A stretch of 64,000 nt of DNA from NCBI GenBank assembly GCA_010093815.1, contig ML996568.1; one strand, 5' to 3'. This stretch comes from Pseudovirgaria hyperparasitica (taxonomy: Eukaryota). Positions 35,601 through 48,100 of the stretch are shown here, in pieces (positions within the stretch are counted from its first letter, which is position 1; each line of letters opens with the position of its first letter). The notes beneath the pieces are model-generated. The model did not search any database and was not told where the DNA came from. It saw only the letters and a program-made list of their open reading frames with translations. The position numbers were made by a program, and so were the translations under genes.

Positions 35601-38600
35601 TCGAGAGAGAGCCAACAAGAGGCGGGGGGAAGGGGGTGGAACGGCACGCGCCAGCACCGCTTTACCCCAAACGGGCGAGGGGTACCGTTCTGCCGGGTCC
35701 CGATACACAGGACTCAGCACGTGGGTGTGCAAGCGGAGGAGGGGGTTCCGAGACAAGGCCAATCACATAGATCAGAATGCTTGCGATGGCGTTGGAAAGT
35801 AAGAATCCTATAGGCGTGGGGGACCGACCATCCATCAAGTTTGTCGAGGCCACATGAGCAATGCTAACCTGACCTGCCCCTGACGTCGGCTTTGTGCACT
35901 CGACTTGTCGACGCGATCGATGCCCACGACACGACCCGCTGACATGCTTTTCTTTGATGCCATCTCGAAGCAGCACGCCCATGTCCATGTCTGTATCCAG
36001 GTCTCGCGTCGCTGCGTCTCCCAGTTTAGCTATTCCCCTCGAACTGGCATTCGCGCCGTATACCCTGCGGCGTCCTGGCGAGCTTCGCTTGCTAGGTCAG
36101 GAAGTCCTGGGGCACAGCCATAGGTCGGCCGAACGCATTGGATTTCCAGAAGCATTTTTTTATTATTAATCTGGAGAGATAGATAGAAAGACAGCTGGTT
36201 ACGAAATGAGATTAGGCCGCCATGGCCCACTCGTTAGGACTGAGATTAGCCCGGGTATCATTGGGATGCGACACGGTCAAGGGTACTTTAGAATGCTTTT
36301 GATGATGGAATAGTGTGGTGAGAAAGCATCCATGCCCCTTCCATAAGCCTACATAGTACAGTATGTATGATAGTTGGACTGGTTTGAGGGGTGGGTAGAA
36401 GTCGTGATTGGGTGTGCTGTATCGGACGGCTTTCCACCTTCCACCCGTCACTAAAAACCAGCCTTCCGGGATTCCGTTGACCGCTTGTCCGTGTCTGGTG
36501 ACTCGTATGCATTTTTTGTTCTTCACCACGCCTGCAGGGTCTGCGATTCACCATTGCGAACCTCGACGTGCAGGCTGCAAGACAATTCAAGAAAAGAAAG
36601 GGCTGCAGCGCCCCAGGAATAAGGGTACGTACGGTGCGCAAGCATCTGCATATACCGAACAAAGCGTCGGGGGCCAGGCGTACGGGAGCACAGTTCATAG
36701 CGTTTGAGCGATGGCTGGTGGGAGAGAGTCATTTGCCCTAGCAGTGCTTTTGGGAATTGGCCTCCAGTGCTAAATTACCAGGAGTCTGGAGATTGAAGTG
36801 CCCCGCGTAGGATCCTACGTGGGATCTTATGCTAATGCTGACGCTGATGTCGCAGCCTGTATAGCCGATAACTGTCCAGCCATCCACGATCGTTCGCTCA
36901 TAGATGAGACAATGCAGTCCCACGAATCAATATGAAAGTGTATTATTGCTAACGACTCAGCAGACCTTGCCTGCTACAAACATTGCGTATCCAAAGACTT
37001 CTGATTTGACGATAAAGCCGGCGACGCTGGGCTGAGCATTATTTAGTGTCGAAGCCATTTCTTTCGTATCGTCCAAAGTGGCCAAGTCGGGGCGCCGCTC
37101 CCGATCGGTCGGGCCGCTGGCGTTGAGCCTCCCACCTCCCCCGGCACTGGCGTTGGCGACTTAAGCCGGAAATGCCATGGTCTGAAGCATCCGTCTTGGT
37201 GTGCAACTCCTCAAATTAGTAATATCAGCGTTTTCTGAAGGGGTGTCCACTATCCGGCAAGGCGGACGCATGGCAATCTGGCCACACTCTCTCTTCAGGT
37301 ATAGAAGTAGTAGTTAGGGCTGCCAAGTGTACGCCCCCTGACCCAACGTAACGGTTTGTGAGGATCGTTGTTGATGAAACTGGGAGAAATAGTAATTAGC
37401 GACTTTAAAAGATGTGCGATCGGTAGCGTTGGAACAATCTCATCATAGTCTACGAAGGTGTATGGTGCGTACCCATCGTACGGGTAATGGAAGGGTTCGC
37501 CCCGGATATTCCATCATGAATCGTTTGTTGCACACGGTGTATACTTGGTGGACATACTCTATTTCCAGCACTTTAGTAGACTTATTAGATCTGGCCTGTA
37601 ATCTGCGAGCAAAATTTGGTGACAAGACGAGCCGGTGATTTGCTAGGAATTTCACCGCTTTTGTCTGGAGCTCAAAGTTCAATGCGTTCCACTACAGGGG
37701 AAGCGGTGATACGGTACCACCTGTGTGTTACGCGTACAGATGATTCCTTCCCAGTCATACCACCGCTCTTGTGCTCGAAAGACTATTACTCTGTACAGGC
37801 AGGATTCTCGAGAAGTGCACATATCTCGCACTCCGTAAGACGAGCATCCGTGCTTCTCCGACCAAGTGGACTTCTGTCCTTAACGTAGTGACCGTTAGCT
37901 GAGGATTTGCTAGTGATGGTTGGCTATACGATGACCTGATATGCGGTTACTATTCGTTGGTGTTTGGAATTCAGAAGCATTATATGCTTCCCTTCTAGGA
38001 TGAAACAAGCTAGCTCGAGCAATCGATGACAGTCCAAGCGCGTGTGAGCCCTCTCCTGGCTTTCTGCTTTGGTGCGCCAAGTGCTTAATTAAGGTTACTG
38101 GCAAGTGTAGCAAGTATCACTGTAAAAAATGTGTCTTGCGAAATGACAGAGTAAGAATGGTACATCCAAGTCACAAGGGGCACATCAGGTCGGTCGCAGC
38201 CTGGACAGACGGCTGGAGAGGTAAGGATTGGCACTAAGGAGGCGGGGGGTGTTGGACAGACGCGCGTGAAGTTCTGGCAAAAGAATGAGGATAAAGGCAA
38301 ACAGTAGGCAACTATGGGGGAGGATCCTAATCCGGCACTGTTTGGCGCGAAAAGGGTCATCTGCACGACAAAGTTTGGGAGCTCGCTGCATGACATGGTT
38401 GTGCCCCTTGCTGGTAGGTGGTGCAGTTGGACTTGCGGACCAGGTAACAAGGCAGCTGAGCATGGATAGACATGGAGAACAGCATCACTGGCATGAAACG
38501 GTTTGTACAACTCATGAAACAGAGCTGTGCCTTGCGATGGGCCATGTAGCACTTGATTTGGCGGAAGTCGGCGAAGCGATTGCAGATGACCTCGCGGACA

Positions 38601-40875
38601 TCATTCACTGCACAGATCCATGGTGGTGACTGTGAACGAGCATCGCTCATGACCCAACATACATTGCACATTCCACGTTCTATATTCACCATAATGATCT
38701 AGATACAATCAATGACTCAGTCATCATCGTTAATTACTGCACGTAAGAACGGAGTGTATCGGTGAGCAACGTTGCAGACGGCGGAGAAGAAGCTCGATCA
38801 TCTCCCACAGGGTCCCAGTTCGCCCGGCCGCGATAGGCCAAGACTGTTGCAATTGCAGACGCAGTGTTGGAAAAGGTGAGGATAGGCCAATAGGGAGCTA
38901 AGGTAGACATTGTTTTGTTGATATCCGCGATATGTTTTCTGCCTCATGTGACGATTGCGAAGTGCGTGCGTGCGTGCGTTTCATGTGGGGGAGAGAGCGT
39001 TGCAGTGCCCCCAATCGGAATGACAAGCCGTATCTCCGTTGCAGTCTCTGCAACGCTCACTCACTCTCTGTTGACTCCCTGATCGCCCTGGACTCCGGTT
39101 CCGGTTCCGGTTCCTACAGAAGCTCTGCAAAAGCAAAAAGCGAAAAGTAAAGTGGAGTTGTTGGCTGGAAGAGACATTGGGGGCATCGAACCAACAAGGA
39201 CTTCCTGGCCAGACCGCCTCACACAGGTCACGAGTCACCCGGAAGACAAGGGCGTGGAAGATGACTAAGGAGGGGAAAGAAAAAGGGTGACGGTATCAGA
39301 AGTGCGGTTACTGTTCAGATAGCTGCGCATGGGGTGGAGTGGATGAGCACGTGTGCATGGCAGCTGCTGGGTCTGGTTGTGCTAAACCAACAACAGTAAA
39401 CACTCGCCACTCACACCGTCACATGGTCTTGACTTGTTCTCGCCGCCAAAGCATCCTTCGTCCTTTGTCGTCGTCTTGTTCCGGCCATGCCATGCCATGC
39501 CATGACTACTGATTGCTATTCTGTCCTCGACTAGATGGATGCACATGCTTTACTTTGCTTGCTTGGCCTATAGGCATGAGTTGGCATGTCGACTTCTCAC
39601 AAATCATAGCTGACAGGTGTGACACTGTCACTTCCGCCTGTGAGTGAAGGATGCGCGCGGGTCATAGAGACGAGGCATGACCATGAGCCAGAACCATGTC
39701 GACGGAAGTTTCCTCCAGTCGATGAAGCATCTTCGTTCTCTCCGATCCTAGCTCTCTCATTCCCCACGCCGAGATGTGTTCGTGGCCAGTTAGTAGACAG
39801 TACTATGATATATATATATTATCAAGGTGTCAAGGGGGATCCGTCCAGTTCGGAGCCCAGGGCGGCCAATGTACTCTTGTCCCGTGAAGGTTTAATTGAC
39901 TATTGACTTTTGTCGTTCGTATTGACAAGTCTGATGAGACGATGCTGGTGGTCTCGATGACAACAGACGTGGCTTCGAGATGGCCCATCGCACGAGTAAG
40001 ATGAACGGTGAGGCTGTTCACGAGCAAGCGGTTTACCTGATCGTCAAAGCACCGGACCAGATGCTATGTTGCCAGCGCAAGAGACATGCATTCCAAAGTA
40101 GACGGAACTGGAGTAGTCAGTCTCAAAAGGCAGGGCCACGACCCAAGGCCCGAATGCCCAGAGGAGCGCCCTCCATTCCGGAGTGTTTCGAGACTGAGCG
40201 CGTGGCTCTCCCTCTCTCTCTCTGTCTCTCTCTATCTCTCCACGTCAAAGGGGGGGGACAAGGGAGAAGGTATTAGTTAGAGCTCGACCGAAGCACGGAA
40301 TGCTCTTTGGCGGAAAGTAGTAGTAAAGTAGTCTGTTGTACCTTTTGGCTGCCAACCGTGACCAGAACAGTGTCAGGACCCCCCTCCCCCCCCTAGCCCT
40401 CCATAGTCTGTCTTTCTCTTCTGGCGGGTCCTGTTCCCCCATTCGCGCGTCCGCTGTGCACAAGTTCCGGCTACCCCCTTTGCCCTTTTTGCCCATAAAC
40501 CATAAAGATCTAGCGACTTCACAGCCTGCAGCAGCCCAGCCGGCCCCCCAAGTCCAGCCCATTTGCGCCCAGCAAGCTTAAGCTCTACCCCCCCCTCTCC
40601 CCTCCATTCTTCCCCCAGTTCCACTAAACTTGGCGTGCACGCTTTGCTTCTGGCTGCCCAGGATTGCTTCCCTCCACCCCCCCTCCCCCAAAAAGAAGTG
40701 GCTCCAAGTGCTTTCTCTGCCAGTTTTACTGCCCATACCGACTCGCCCTCGCCCTCTTCTAGGCTTGGGGCTTGTCCCGCAGTCGTGGTGCTGCTGTCAG
40801 CCCTCCTCGCCATATTTACCTGTTCCCACCCCCATCCATTATCTCGCAAAGGCCGCCTCCCCCATCCACCACACT

Positions 40876-40876
<1 letters not shown>

Positions 40877-40922
<46 letters not shown>
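40877..40922. repeat. (CA)23 microsatellite upstream of the Mks1-like gene
   Basis: Perfect CA run following a C/T-rich tract. Confidence 0.95.
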
Positions 40923-40929
<7 letters not shown>

Positions 40930-41244
40930 CACCATCACACTGATCCAACTTTGACCTACACGACAACTACTCTCATACACTCTCACTGCTGTCGACAACA
41001 ACTTCAACTGCAAAACCTACACTTCGCACCTTCACAACGCAAAGTGAACTCGCCTGAGAACAAAGCATGCTTCGTCATTGACACTCAACTGCTCTTCTCA
41101 CTCGCATCTCGTCTCTTCCACCTCCACCTTGCTCGCTTCTGGCCCTGCCGATCCTGCAATCGCTTGACGCAACCCACCACCAGCACCAGACGACGTTAAC
41201 ATTGCAATTGCTACCTCTCGCAATCCCTTAGACACGAGGCCACG

Positions 41245-43020
41245 ATGCCATTCGCTTCAACAAATCCAATTGTGCGCGTGGAACCCGACTCCATGCGCAC
41301 AATCGACACATCTAACGTGGAGAATCTGTTTGGGCTGTGGTCAGGTTAGTTTTGACTTGGTGGACTGCGTGATGCGTTGGCTGACAGCATCCTTCTGGTA
41401 GTCTTCTCAAAGTGCGCCGGAACCATGGAAGACGGCAAACGCCTGGAGAACATGAGCTGGAGACTCTGGAACCGGGAGACGTTTTGCTGTGCACCTGACC
41501 TGTCACGCCCCAGACGAATTCCTCTCCCGCGGCAAGACACGGCTGACTCGTTCGGCCTGCCCGAACTGTCTTCCAGTGTCGATTCTCAGTCTTCTGTCAA
41601 CGACCAGCTCGCCACCTGCCCTACACGCTGCGCTCGTCCTGAGCTTGACCGCGTCACTACTTCCAAGGGTCGGTCCTGCAGGAGGGAAAAGCACATCACT
41701 CCTGGTGATTTGCAAGAACTGGTAATCTCCATCAAGGAGCAGCAAGATCTAGAGCCTCTAGCACCCCTGCCTCTCTCTCTTCAACCAGACACTCGCCCAC
41801 AATCGCGACGAGAAGACATCACTCCTCGACCATCTTCTCCTCCGCTACACACCATTCCCGAATCCTCGTCCTCTACCGTCGCCACTGTTTGCGACAGTGA
41901 GCTTGACAACATGTCTCCTCCCGTCGGTTCCGATGTGAGCACCTCGACCGATCTTAGCTCTCACAGCGTAGTCCGTGGCTTCTCTCTGGGTTGTGCTTCC
42001 TCGTCGCTCCGATCTAAGACCCAGCTTGCTCCTCCACCGTCCATCCTCAAGAACAGCCCACAGAAGGTCGAGCTTCGAAGAATGGAGTCAAAGGCAGCCT
42101 TGGCTGAGCAAAGCAAGAAGAAAGGTGCCATGTTTCAACTGGGTACATCGTCCGACGAAGATGCTACCAGTTCCGTCGAGACGTCTCACATGAACCACAG
42201 TTCCTTCGCAGAAGGCTTCAGGAGACCGGCTCCAACACGTAAGCGTGCTTCGTTCAAGATTGGCGCTGATATTGCCACTACACAATCCGAGGAGGACGAA
42301 GAAGAAGAAGAAGAAGAAGAAGAAGAGGAGGATAATGACGAGATTGACAGTGATGCCATTGATACGGACGACGATCCTTCTGAGAGCGCCATTGACGACG
42401 ATGACGATGACTGGCTAGATGAGGAGGACGAGAGTGGTCCTTCCAGTGTCAATCCGAGCGAGCTGTTCCAGCGAGTCGATTCTAGACCGAACCTCACTTC
42501 CCGCCGCTCTCTCATCACGTCCGCACTCCACGAGGGTGACCGTGTCAGAGCGCTACAGAACGACGCTTCAAGGTCCTCCCCCGCCATAAGGCGATCACGC
42601 ACTTCATCTCCCAATGGGCCCTCAATCGCAGCCTCCCCGAAAGAGAATACTACACCACATCATCCTCTAGAACAGCGTGGTATGCTTATTCCATCAAAGC
42701 CCATTATCATGACCACGTCCAACACGCATCCTCCCGCTCTATCACCGCGCACTACGCGACGCAACATGTTATCAACCGAGCTTACCGAGTCTCTTCGGAA
42801 GCATCTTCTATGGGAGCGCCAGCAGAAGAATGCGACGTCCAATGCAGCGCTAAAGCGACGACACACATCCACAGACATGAAGAATCTGAAACAGTATCCC
42901 GGCCAAGGCGAAGTTAAGGTGACACCACTGGCGCCGATTCGGGAGAACGCGAAAACGACAAACTCGTGGAACGCATACTTTGATCATGGCCTGCAAGAAT
43001 ACCACATCAAGGGCTGGTAG
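41245..43020 (+). CDS. DUF1752/DUF3295 protein (Mks1-like nutrient-signalling regulator), 2 exons (intron 41345-41401)
   Basis: N-terminal ENLFGLWSVFSKC...GKRLENMSWRLWNR (DUF1752/AreA-N-like); poly-E/D tract; C-terminal LSPRTTRRNMLSTELTESLRKHLLWERQ...EYHIKGW (DUF3295). The Mks1 relationship is from recall. Confidence 0.85.
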
Positions 43021-45066
43021 CATCTACCATCTCGTCCCAATTTTTCTCAATACTTTTAAGCTACTTTACACCACATAGCGGTACGGCGTTTACATTCGAC
43101 GGCATTCTGATTGGGACCCATTTCGGAACATACATCCTGGTCCGGCGTTGGGATCCCCACCATGACACATTTGATTCCTGCACTGAAGACTTATCCTTGC
43201 AACTATTGGTCGATACCACCCTTTGGCATTGCGCGGGCGGCATCAATGAAGCTTACGACTTTTCGATTCTATCTTTACATCAGCGACGGCCTTATCGACG
43301 ACGATCAATCATATCGTGGGCGGCATCTGCTCGGAATACGGTGGCGCATCTTGTTTTTAGGCATTCTAAAGATGGCACTACTGGCTCACGCCGAATGGGA
43401 CTACAACGCACTAATGAAGGGATGGGGCACAGGGATGCGTGGTCGCTGGACGGTTGAGATTTTCACATGCCCTCCTCTCCTCACCGCAACGCCACCCAAC
43501 AGCCTGTCTCTTCTTCTTCTTCGGCTTCGTCTTCTTCATCTTCTTCGTCGTCTTGATCATTGTACCATCATCTTTCAACACTTCAGGCGCGCCTCATTCT
43601 GTACTTGTATCCCGGATCGTGAGGCCGCCTTTCAGGGCATCGACCCCAGCAACATCCGCAAATACACATTTGGAAGCGAATGCGCTTGCATGATACGTTT
43701 TGGGCGGCGCGGCTCGCATGAAGAGTGAGCGCGCCCCGGTAGACATGATAACTACGTACTATTTAATTGAACAAAAAAGCGGCATTGAACTAGACAACTA
43801 TCGCTGTGCTGTACATGTGTACGTGTGACGAGAAAACGCTTTCTTGACGGGCCGTGTGTGTGTGTATGTGATATGCAACAAATGTGCGTTTTCCTATTTC
43901 ACCTGATTGGATGGTAGGTAATAATAGGTGGTGGCATCGCGGATAACCTTCTGGGGCAGTAGACGGGGACGGGACGTGGACGTGGTGGACGTGGTGGACG
44001 TGGCGGTGGGGGAGGGAACAACCTTACCTTTTCCCATCATTTCTAACCCCCAATTCCCGAGGAGAAGAAAAAAATGCTGTTTGGTACTACTATTACTACT
44101 CTATCTAGATTAAGAGATGGCCTATAACCACACACCATCATTCATTCACCGTTCATCAGGCATTCTTTGATTCTACTGCTAATTACTTTACTTACGCTTG
44201 CTTGGCTAGCCATTGGTGTGTTGGTGTGTGTGTGTGTGGGGTGCCGAGGAAAGTGGGCCGCGCCGCGGGGTGTGTGAGTAATTAGGGTAGGTAGAGTAGG
44301 TGAGAGGGTGTGTGTGTGTGTGTGTTTGGTTCGGTTTGAAAAGGCGGTCTGACAGGAGGGAAATGGATGGATGGATGGATAGGCGATAGGTGGTAGGTAG
44401 GTAATTAGATAGTCAGTCTTGAAGCTTGCTCGCTTTATCGGGGTGTTTTTTTAAGAAACTGTTTGAGTCGGGGTTGGTTGGTCGGTCGGGTAGGGTGTTT
44501 TCCGGGTTGTGTTGGTTGTGTGTATATGTGTATATGTGTGTATGGATATTGATAGAATGGAAGAAGTGTACGATGGTATGTATGGTATATGGTAATTAAT
44601 ACTTCGGTATGTCTTGCTCGTTTCGTTGGCACATACGCAATAACATCGTCAAGCTTGCTCTTCTGCTATGCTATGCTATGCCATATGCTCCAGCTATGCT
44701 ATGCTACATCATAATTACACCCGCTATCGAAAACTCTCAACTCAAAGTCCGTACAATAGCTAGACAGACGATATCGACATTCAGTTTAGTAATTATCGAT
44801 TTACAAGACATTTCATTCCTCCTTCCGCTGCATTTCCTACCTTTCTTTCCCACTCAAGCCTCCTCTATGTCCTACCACCCCAAAAGCTCCCCACCCCCGG
44901 CTCCCTATTAGCTCGGAGCTTTCTAGCACAAAACAACCCATGGATGTTCCACGACCCTACACACACACGCACACACGCGCATCCATACATACGAAACAAA
45001 TGTCGCACTGATGGGGTACATGGGTACATGGGTACATACGTGAGGAAGGAGAATTATGTACAGTGC

Positions 45067-45104
45067 TTCTTCTTCTTCGCCTTCGCCTTCGCCTTCGCCT
45101 TCGC
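45067..45104. repeat. (CTT)n followed by (CTTCGC)n simple repeat
   Basis: Seen directly; one of many simple repeats between 43.8 and 47.5 kb. Confidence 0.85.
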
Positions 45105-48100
45105 TTTTCTTGTCCGTCCTATTCGTTCTTATTCAGTCTCCCTGCGCGGATCTTTACTATTGCACTAATTACTGTACGTACATACATACCCCTAATTCTC
45201 CATACATATATACATACATACATGCAAACACACCCGCCCTTCCGCGGCATGCAACATACCCCCAAAGAAAACATCCCTCCCCAAAGAAAAAGTGCTTTCC
45301 AAGGTACTACTGTGTAGAGATGAAGGTAACATACAGTAAGGTATATCCCAGCGGACAGCCCGGGGTTTTGGGGGGGGGGAGGAGCAGGAGCAGGTGGCAG
45401 CGTGTTCGCCGCGGAACCGGGCTTCCGTCTTCCACCCGGAGGGCGGGGCGGCGCATGCACATGACATGACTCCTTTTTTTTCTCTTTTTTTCTTCTTTTC
45501 TTCTCTTTTTGGGTAGTTTTCTGCGCGCTGCTAATTTATCTTTTGCTTTCTTTCTTCCGTGGGCGCTTTCTTTGGGGGGGGAGAGGAGGGGAGTCTTATG
45601 ATTATAATTATAATTATAGTAATTATGTATTTTCTTCTTGTGGGCTCGTGCGCTCATGTATGCGTCCTGAACATTCTTGCGGAGGCTGGGTCGCGGGGAG
45701 AAAAGAGAGAGAGAGAGTCCCTCATGTCTTGCTTGAATGGGCACGGTATGTAAAGATCGATGACATCCTGGACGTCCGTCCTTCCGTTTGTTTTAGATGA
45801 TATCCCCCGGTGTCAGAGAGATCCTCCGAGGGGGGTAGATAGTAGATGGGATCGCTGTCTATGTCTTGCATTGTGACCGGGCATTTTTTCCCTATCTATC
45901 TATCTAACTATCTATCTATCTATACCTTGGTGGAGCACTGGACTGTTAGTAGCAGACAGGACACGGAGACCACTGCATGTGCGGAAAGTCGGAGGAGAAA
46001 CAAACGGTCGGGATGGGATGGGTGGATGTAGCTAGCCCTCGTCTCGCAACACGCAGTCAGTCATCAATATCGTGATTATCAGCAAGCATTAGCATCATCA
46101 TTATGCTCGCGACTCGCGGCCGGTGTGCAAAGTTTGTATGTCATCGTTTCAGACTCTTCTTTGCTAAACTGCTATACAGCCAGCTAGCCAGCTAGCCAGA
46201 CTCCAGGCAACGTGTTTCTTTTTAAGGTTCGAGAGACACAGGGACGAGCCCGCTTGCAAACGCGTCACGCGCGAGAATGATACTTTTTGCTCGTTTTGAT
46301 GTTATAGATGGGCTATCCATTACTTGGCCGTCGGATATGACCACCTCACTCACACCGACGTCCTACGTATTTGGCAAGTACATAGATAGTGCGAGGTAAT
46401 CAGGTAGGAGGTTTAAATCCAGTAATTAGCGCGGCCGTTTTGACACTTGACAGACACACAACGATAGCGTGCTTGCTGGATCACATCACATCACACATCC
46501 CGCAGAAGTCTATCTTGTAGGTAGGTAGGTAGATAATTAGGTAGCAGAAACCAGTCAGCAGTTTTCCAAATGATTGTATGGTATCATCCACCCCATCCCA
46601 TCCCATCTCATCGCTTTTTACGCGGCCGCACTTCCCTCCGTCTGTTCACTGATCACACGGCCAATTTTCCCCCTTCTCTCATCCTCAAACTGTTTATTTA
46701 CCCTATCATCATTCCTCCCTCCAACTTAGTCACTAACAACAACGCTCCGATCTCGCGCTCCCCAGATGATCTGTGCCAGGGCCTAGGGCCTAGGCATCGC
46801 CTCGCCTTGCCTCGCCTTGTTTGGTCGCGCGCCTCCCCACGTCCTGTAAACGTCGTTTCCATCCCCAATCCCCATCCCCATCACCCCTCCCCCGCCCCCG
46901 CCATGCAGGTCGAAAATGTTGGGGAGGCGAGCGACGACGCATGCAGCCGGGGGGCGTGACACACACACACACACACACAAGCATACACACACTTTGTATA
47001 TAGATGCTGTTGATTTGCCAACTACCACACACGGTACAGAACAAGGCAGCTTTCTCTGCCGTTTGGCGCGCAAATTCGCTGCATGGTAAGGTAGGTAGGT
47101 AGGTAGTGTTGGCAGCCTAGCCGCGCCCCGCGCAGCGTCTGTCTCCCAATGAGCGCGGAGCGGCTATGGGGATAGATCAATGGGAGCAAGTGATGATGGG
47201 GCATTTAGGGCATGTGTTGTGTGCTGTGCTGTGCGAGTGATCTATTGATCGATGCGCTGGCAGTCGTGGGGCTGGCTGGCTGGCTGGCTGGCTATGAAAT
47301 GGGGGGATTCCCCAGGGATGGGGCGCATCTCGCGGGGTCATGCGGTGTGGTGAGCCTTGCCGTCGTTGGGCAGATATGATGTTTCGGCTCGCGTTTGGCC
47401 CCTTGCGGAGAGACGGGTGACCCCCCCCCTCTCTCGCTCTCAGCCTCATTGCTGCGTTGTTGATCGGCTTTGTTTTGTGTATGTATGTATGTATGTATGT
47501 GTTGTGTTTGGGTTAGACCTTGTGGGTGGTCTTAAGGCGATTGTTTTAGGACCAGGTTGGTAGGTGTATGCGCATTCTGATCACGCTGCCTCGTGAGGCT
47601 GCGCGCGTAGCGCTTACCTTGCTAGGACATGGTATGGTAGGTGTTGTTTGACCTTTCAAGAACGAAGCTGAAGAAGCAAAAATAGGCTTGTGGTGGTCAG
47701 TCTTACGAAAAGCTGTTGGGTGTGTGCGTGGGGGGGAGCATGCTTGTTGTGCGTTGTGTGATGAAGAATGCTCGATTCTACCTATCCCCATGCCTGCGTC
47801 CTGATCTGAATCCTGTTTGGGCGATGATAACAATGAATCACTTCCTTGGGAGAGTCACGCTGGTCAAGGGACCTCGAGCGGAGGCATGTATTGGATAACG
47901 GTAATGGATAAGAGCGGTTCCTTTGATCGCAACGACATTCTGAGTCACTCGTAGCGCGAGGTAAGGATCTAGGATGATGCTGTGTTTGTTCGCCGACCGA
48001 CCATACATACCATCATCCTTCATTGTCGAGCTCTCGATTCGCCCTGCATGCACAGAACGCTAAGGCTTCCAATACGGAGTGCAGAACAAAACAACTGATT

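Noticed and set aside
36806..36819. Perfect 14-bp palindrome CGTAGGATCCTACG
   Set aside because: A few palindromes of this length are expected by chance in 64 kb
40373..41199. ORFs with HTHTHT or VCVCVC runs
   Set aside because: Translations of the (CA)n microsatellite
43111..43728. 205-aa ORF downstream of the Mks1-like gene
   Set aside because: Non-ATG start and no motif; most likely 3' UTR
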